A DNA stretch of 64,000 nucleotides from Candidatus Fervidifonticultor quartus (GTDB lineage Bacteria; Sysuimicrobiota; Sysuimicrobiia; Sysuimicrobiales; Humicultoraceae). The DNA lies in NCBI GenBank assembly GCA_031458775.1, contig JAVKJV010000002.1, positions 42,233 to 106,232 of the forward strand, written 5' to 3'. Below, in pieces: positions 59,467 through 64,000 of the stretch. Each line of letters begins with the position of its first letter. Within the stretch, counting starts at the first letter, position 1. A program made the translations under genes and the position numbers. The notes below the pieces were generated by a model that did not search any database, was not told where the DNA came from, and was given only the letters and a program-made list of their open reading frames with translations.

Positions 59467-59910
59467 ATGCGGGCGGTCGTACAGCGGGTGAGGCGCGCGG
59501 CGGTACGGATCGGTGACGAGACGATCGGTGCTATCGACCGGGGTCTGGTCGTGTTGCTCGGCGTGTCGGTCGACGACAGTCCCTCGCAGGCGCTGACGCT
59601 GGCGCAGAAGATCGCGCACCTCCGTATCTTCGATGACGAACAGGGACGGCTCAACCGGTCGGTGCTCGACGTCGGCGGCGCCGCGCTGGTCGTCTCGCAG
59701 TTCACCCTGTACGCCGACACCAGCGGCGGCCGCCGGCCGTCGTTTGCCCGCGCCGCGCGGCCCGAGCATGCGGGGCCGTTGTGCGACCGGTTCGTCGAGG
59801 CGCTGCGCGAACTCGGCGTGCCGGTGGCGACCGGTCGGTTCCGCGCCGTCATGCTTGTGGAGATCCACAACGACGGGCCGGTAACCATCCTGCTCGATAC
59901 CGATGATTGA
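59467..59910 (+). CDS. dtd: D-aminoacyl-tRNA deacylase
   Basis: MRAVVQRV..., [29 protein letters not shown]. Conserved relA...dtd neighbourhood. Confidence 0.93.
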   Translation: MRAVVQRVRRAAVRIGDETIGAIDRGLVVLLGVSVDDSPSQALTLAQKIAHLRIFDDEQGRLNRSVLDVGGAALVVSQFTLYADTSGGRRPSFARAARPEHAGPLCDRFVEALRELGVPVATGRFRAVMLVEIHNDGPVTILLDTDD

Positions 59911-60559
59911 CGGGACCCGACTCCTGTTGGCCCGGCACGGGCGTCACGACTGGCTGGCGCCGCCCATCAACCGGCTTGCCGGCCACCTGCCGGGCGTGCA
60001 CATCAACGCCCAGGGCCGGGCCGAGGCGCAGGCCCTCGCCCGGCGCCTGGCCGCCAGGCCGCCAGATCGCATCGTCAGCAGTCCGGTCGAGCGGACCCTG
60101 CAGACCGCCACGATCATCTCCGAGGCGGTCGGCGTCGCGGTCGCCACCGACGCACGACTGACCGAGACGGGCATGGGGGTGTGGGAAGGTCTGGCGATCG
60201 CGGAGGTGATCGCGCGCTTTCCGAACGAGTGGCGCGCGTGGCGCACCGCGCCGACACACGCGGCGGTCCCCGGCATGGAGCGCGTCGACGCCATCGGCGA
60301 GCGGATGCTGGCCGCGGCGCAGGACTACCTGGCGCTTGGCGGATCAACGCTGCTGGTCTCGCATCAGGACCCGCTGCTGGCGCTCATCTGCCGGCTGCTC
60401 GATCTGCCGCTCGACGCGATGCGGCGTATGGAGGTCTCGCCGGGGTCCCTGACGATCTTTGAGGTCGCGCGCGGGCGGCCGGTGCTGGTGACGCTGAACT
60501 CGATCCCGAGGCCTATGCCAGGAACGACGTCAGCAGGCGACGCTCCAGCTCGCGGCTGA
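59903..60559 (+). CDS. Histidine phosphatase (phosphoglycerate mutase-like) family protein
   Basis: [11 protein letters not shown] (RHG motif), [15 protein letters not shown] (second catalytic His). Start overlaps the dtd 3' end. Confidence 0.75.
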   Translation: MIDGTRLLLARHGRHDWLAPPINRLAGHLPGVHINAQGRAEAQALARRLAARPPDRIVSSPVERTLQTATIISEAVGVAVATDARLTETGMGVWEGLAIAEVIARFPNEWRAWRTAPTHAAVPGMERVDAIGERMLAAAQDYLALGGSTLLVSHQDPLLALICRLLDLPLDAMRRMEVSPGSLTIFEVARGRPVLVTLNSIPRPMPGTTSAGDAPARG

Positions 60560-61229
60560 CCTCAGTGAGGTCCTTGACCGTGTCCACCGCACGCCAGTAG
60601 TCGCGCGACTTGTACGCCCCCAGCAGGCGCCGCTCGGCGAACTGGGGAAACGTCGTCGTCTCGTGATCGCCGGTCTCGGGGAACCGGGCGATGGCCTCCC
60701 GCGACAGGACGTAGATGCCGGCGTTGATCCAGTACGGGAGTGTCGGCTTCTCGTGGAAGGCAATCACCCGGTCGTCGGCGTTCACTTCGACCAGCCCGTA
60801 GGTACTCACGTACGGCGTGAGCACCACCGTGGCCAGCGCCCCGCGCTCCCGATGGTGCGCCACGACGGCCGCCAGGCGGAGATTCGTGATGATGTCGCCG
60901 TTGGTCGCCAGGACGAACTCCGGCGTGTCCTCGAACAGCCCGTACGCCTGACGGATCGCCCCCCCGCGGCCCAGCGGCTGCTGCTCCACGGCGTAGCGGA
61001 TGTGCAGGCCCCACTTCTCGCCGGTGCCGAAGTAATCACGAATCACCTCGTGGCGGTACCCGCACGCGATCACGATGTGCGTGACGCCCTGGGTCTGGAG
61101 CCAGTGCATCTGGTACGCCAGAATCGGGACACCCAGGACCTCAACCATCGGCTTGGGGCGCTCCTCCGTGTATGGACGGAGGCGTTCGCCCTTGCCTCCG
61201 GCGAGGATGATCGCGTGCACCGCTGCCAC
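60513..61229 (-). CDS. Sugar-phosphate nucleotidyltransferase (mannose-1-P guanylyl- / glucose-1-P nucleotidyl-transferase-like)
   Basis: AIILAGGKGERLRPYTEERPKPMV signature, 238 aa. Confidence 0.82.
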   Translation of the reverse strand: MAAVHAIILAGGKGERLRPYTEERPKPMVEVLGVPILAYQMHWLQTQGVTHIVIACGYRHEVIRDYFGTGEKWGLHIRYAVEQQPLGRGGAIRQAYGLFEDTPEFVLATNGDIITNLRLAAVVAHHRERGALATVVLTPYVSTYGLVEVNADDRVIAFHEKPTLPYWINAGIYVLSREAIARFPETGDHETTTFPQFAERRLLGAYKSRDYWRAVDTVKDLTEVSRELERRLLTSFLA

Positions 61230-61322
61230 TCCTCGTGAAACGGCTGGTCAGACGCCGTGCTACTTCTCGCTCGCCCCGGGGGCTTCCTGGCAGGAGCGCA
61301 TGCGCCCGGGCGGCGGGCGCGT

Positions 61323-61352
61323 TTGACACCACGGAGGCCCCGCCGGTACAAT
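61323..61352 (+). promoter_or_regulatory. Sigma-A-type promoter of the hisS-aspS T-box leader
   Basis: TTGACA (61323-61328), 18-nt spacer, TACAAT (61347-61352), immediately upstream of the T-box Stem I. Confidence 0.6.
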
Positions 61353-61354
61353 CG

Positions 61355-61640
61355 GGGCCGAGATCGCCGTCATAGTGTGTCCGGCGACGACGGGAAGAGT
61401 AGGTCCCGGTCCTTCCAGAGAGAGGGCGTGCACTAGCAGGCTGCGACCGCCCTCAGGTTTCCCGGGTCCGAACGACACCCCTGAGCCGGCGATGCGGCCC
61501 GCATGAGGGGCCGATCCGGGATCGCCCGTGATCGCGACGAGGGTCTGGCCGGTGCGGTGACCGGTCGGGAACCAGGGTGGCACCGCGGGAAGCGCACGCG
61601 CTCTCGTCCCTGCGAGGACGAGGGCGCTGTTCTTTTGCGA
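61355..61640 (+). promoter_or_regulatory. T-box riboswitch leader (tRNA-sensing antiterminator) of hisS-aspS
   Basis: GA/K-turn element GGGAAGAGUAGG (61392-61403), AG bulge CAGAGAGAGG (61416-61425), specifier-loop candidate GAACGACACC (61470-61479), T-box sequence AGGGUGGCACCGCG (61574-61588), then terminator. Confidence 0.8.
61598..61636 (+). terminator. T-box leader intrinsic terminator
   Basis: 12-bp stem GCGCUCUCGUCC (61598-61609) / GGACGAGGGCGC (61616-61627), followed by UGUUCUUUU. The 5' arm can alternatively pair within the T-box antiterminator. Confidence 0.75.
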
Positions 61641-61681
61641 CACATTGGCGGACGGCGACGGGAACAGGAGGCGGTCGAGCG

Positions 61682-62989
61682 ATGGCAACGATTCAGGCGC
61701 CGCGCGGCATGCGCGACATCCTGCCGGGCGAAGTCGAGCGCTGGCAGGCGCTGGAGGCGCGTATCCACGACCAGGCGGCGCGCTTCGGCTTTCGCGAGAT
61801 TCGTACGCCTGTCGTGGAGCACACCGAGGTGTTTCGGCGCACGGTCGGTGAAGCGACCGACATGGTCGAGAAGGAGATGTACACATTCGCCGACCGCGGC
61901 GGCCGCTCGCTCAGCCTGCGGCCTGAGGGTACGGCCCCGGTCATGCGGGCCTATTTGGAGCACGGGCTGCGCCACCAACCGCAACCGGGCAAGTTCTACT
62001 ACATCGCGCCCATGTTCCGCTACGACCGGCCGCAGAAGGGCCGGTACCGGCAGCACACACAGTTCGGCGCCGAGATCATTGGCAGCCCCGACCCGGCCGC
62101 GGACGCCGAAGTGCTCACCCTCCCCATCCGGCTCATGGAGGCGATCGGGTTGGTCGAGGTGGAGGTCCACCTTAATAGTGTCGGCGACGCCGTGTGCCGG
62201 CCGCGCTACCTGGCGGCGCTCCTGGACTACTTCCGGCCGCGTGCCGATCAGCTCTGCGAGGACTGCCGGCGGCGCCTCGAGCACAACCCGCTGCGGATTC
62301 TCGATTGCAAGAAGGAGTCGTGCCACCGCATCGCGCGCGGCGCGCCGTCCAGCATCGAGTACCTCTGCGAGGCATGCGTCGCGCACTTCGAGGGCGTGAA
62401 GCGGCACTTCGACCTGCTGGGGGTGCGGTACGTGATCGATCCGTTCATCGTGCGCGGGCTCGACTACTATACGCGGACGGCGGTCGAGGTCTTCTCCGGT
62501 CGCCTGGGCGCGCAGAATGCCATGTTCGGCGGCGGTCGCTACGACGGACTGGCAGAGCAGCTGGGTGGACCACCGACGCCCGGTGTGGGCTTCGGATTCG
62601 GGCTCGACCGGCTGTTGCTTGTCGCCGAGGGCGAGGGGGGGCTCCAGGTCCGTGAACGGCCGGTCGATGTGATGGTCGTGACGCTCGGCGAGGCGGCACG
62701 GCGCGAGGGTGTGGTGCTGCTCGATGCCGTGCGGCGGGCCGGCGTGCGTGCCGACGGCGACTTGCTCGGACGTGATCCCCGCGCTCAGTTCAAGCACGCC
62801 GACCGTCTCGGCGCACGCCTGGCGCTGGTGCTTGGCGACGACGAACTTGCCGCAGGGATGGTGACCCTGCGCGAGATGAAGACCGGAGAGCAGACGGCCG
62901 TGCCACGCGCAGAACTCGTACAGACGCTCGCTGCCCGCCTGGGCCGACCGTCGGCTGCGGCCGCATCTGAGGGGGGTGGAGTCCGATGA
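61682..62989 (+). CDS. hisS: Histidine--tRNA ligase
   Basis: [17 protein letters not shown], motif 2 [41 protein letters not shown] before ATG 61682. Confidence 0.95.
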   Translation: MATIQAPRGMRDILPGEVERWQALEARIHDQAARFGFREIRTPVVEHTEVFRRTVGEATDMVEKEMYTFADRGGRSLSLRPEGTAPVMRAYLEHGLRHQPQPGKFYYIAPMFRYDRPQKGRYRQHTQFGAEIIGSPDPAADAEVLTLPIRLMEAIGLVEVEVHLNSVGDAVCRPRYLAALLDYFRPRADQLCEDCRRRLEHNPLRILDCKKESCHRIARGAPSSIEYLCEACVAHFEGVKRHFDLLGVRYVIDPFIVRGLDYYTRTAVEVFSGRLGAQNAMFGGGRYDGLAEQLGGPPTPGVGFGFGLDRLLLVAEGEGGLQVRERPVDVMVVTLGEAARREGVVLLDAVRRAGVRADGDLLGRDPRAQFKHADRLGARLALVLGDDELAAGMVTLREMKTGEQTAVPRAELVQTLAARLGRPSAAAASEGGGVR

Positions 62990-64000
62990 CCGCGTACCGA
63001 TCACACGAGTGCGGCGCACTGGGGCCCGAGCACGTGGGCCAGCAGGTGCGCCTAGCCGGATGGGTACAGCGGCGCCGCGATCTCGGCGGGCTGATCTTCA
63101 TCGACCTGCGCGACCGTGCGGGCGTTGTGCAGGTCGTCATCAACCCCGCGGAGCCGTCCGCTGCGGACGCGGCGGCCGCAGCGGAGGCGGTGCGTGGCGA
63201 GTATGTCGTGCACGTTGTCGGTACCGTCGCCCGCCGGCCGGACGGCACGGTCAATCCGAAGCTCGCGACGGGCGAGATCGAGGTGCGCGCGCACGCGCTG
63301 ACGGTCCTGGCGCCGGCGCTGACACCGCCGTTTTGGCCCGGTGACGATGCCGAGATCGACGAGGCCGTGCGGTTGAAGTACCGGTTCCTCGACCTGCGCC
63401 GGCCGCGCATGGCCCGCAACTTGCGCCTGCGGCACCGGGCCAGCATGGCCGTGCGGTTGTCGCTCGACCGTCTGGGATTCCTCGATGTCGAAACACCCAT
63501 GCTCATCCGGAGCACGCCGGAGGGTGCGCGTGACTTCCTGGTACCCAGTCGCCTGCAGCCGGGCAAATTCTACGCCCTGCCGCAGTCGCCGCAGTTGTTC
63601 AAGCAACTCCTCATGGTCGCGGGCATCGACCGCTACTTCCAGATCGTCCGCTGCTTTCGCGACGAGGATCTGCGCGCCGACCGACAGCCCGAGTTCACGC
63701 AGATCGACGTAGAGATGAGCTTCGTCGACCAGACCGACGTGATCGCGGTGACCGAGGTGATGGTCGCCGACGTCGTGCAGGCCGTGGCCGGGATCACAGT
63801 GGAACGGCCGTTCCCCAGGATCTCGTATGCCGACGCGATGCTGCGCTACGGCTCGGACAAGCCCGACCTTCGCATCGATCTTGAGATCGTTGACCTCAGC
63901 GACGTGGCGGGCCACAGCGGGGTAGACCGGTTCCAGCAAGCCGTTGCCGCCGGTGGCGTGCTGCGCGCGCTGCGCGTGCCGGGGCGAGCCGCGGCGAGCC
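62986..64000 (+). CDS. aspS: Aspartate--tRNA ligase, N-terminal part (3' end outside window)
   Basis: Frame is open from ATG 62986 (overlaps the hisS stop, ATGA) to the window end. [12 protein letters not shown]...[31 protein letters not shown] (OB anticodon-binding domain) and [47 protein letters not shown] (motifs 1-2). Absent from the ORF track because it has no stop in the window. Confidence 0.93.
   Translation, partial: MTAYRSHECGALGPEHVGQQVRLAGWVQRRRDLGGLIFIDLRDRAGVVQVVINPAEPSAADAAAAAEAVRGEYVVHVVGTVARRPDGTVNPKLATGEIEVRAHALTVLAPALTPPFWPGDDAEIDEAVRLKYRFLDLRRPRMARNLRLRHRASMAVRLSLDRLGFLDVETPMLIRSTPEGARDFLVPSRLQPGKFYALPQSPQLFKQLLMVAGIDRYFQIVRCFRDEDLRADRQPEFTQIDVEMSFVDQTDVIAVTEVMVADVVQAVAGITVERPFPRISYADAMLRYGSDKPDLRIDLEIVDLSDVAGHSGVDRFQQAVAAGGVLRALRVPGRAAAS

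Noticed and set aside
61428-61434. CAC in GUGCACUAG as the His specifier codon of the T-box
   Set aside because: It lies on the 5'/distal part of Stem I next to the AG bulge, not in the specifier loop on the 3' side of the stem base. The GAACGACACC segment at 61470-61479 is positioned correctly.

Overview
High-GC (roughly 68-70% by eye) bacterial chromosomal segment. Gene order is typical of Bacillota: tlyA-nadK-recN, xerD-deoB-punA-pdp, recG-rsmD-coaD-yceD-rpmF-plsX-fabHDG-acpP-fabF-rnc, and secDF-recJ-relA-dtd-hisS-aspS. I call 64 CDS, 59 on the + strand, many with 1-4 nt start/stop overlaps. I also call a yybP-ykoY (Mn2+) riboswitch before a terC-family gene, a T-box leader before hisS-aspS, three near-consensus sigma-A promoters and one strong intrinsic terminator. 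I found no rRNA, tRNA, CRISPR array or IS/transposon. Metabolic blocks are a butyryl/isobutyryl-CoA cluster (hbd, acyl-CoA dehydrogenase, etfBA, an EtfD-like membrane Fe-S oxidoreductase, split isobutyryl-CoA-mutase-like icmA/icmB) and paaABCD without paaE. The main finding is a compact accessory module at 41815-45491: an LCAT/PGAP1-like Ser-Asp-His lipase/acyltransferase, a 265-aa ORF with the hallmarks of a bacterial gasdermin (Cys3, short C-terminal tail), and a 465-aa caspase/gingipain-like (clan CD) cysteine protease with no recognisable sensor domain. Gasdermin plus protease is a known anti-phage suicide system; the lipase partner and the sensor-less protease are not arrangements I recognise. 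The second notable item is a 1172-aa RecJ fused to a HIRAN domain and a catalytically degenerate RecQ-like helicase module. All homology calls come from motif recognition by eye, not from database searches. The many long antisense ORFs in the track are high-GC shadow ORFs and were rejected.
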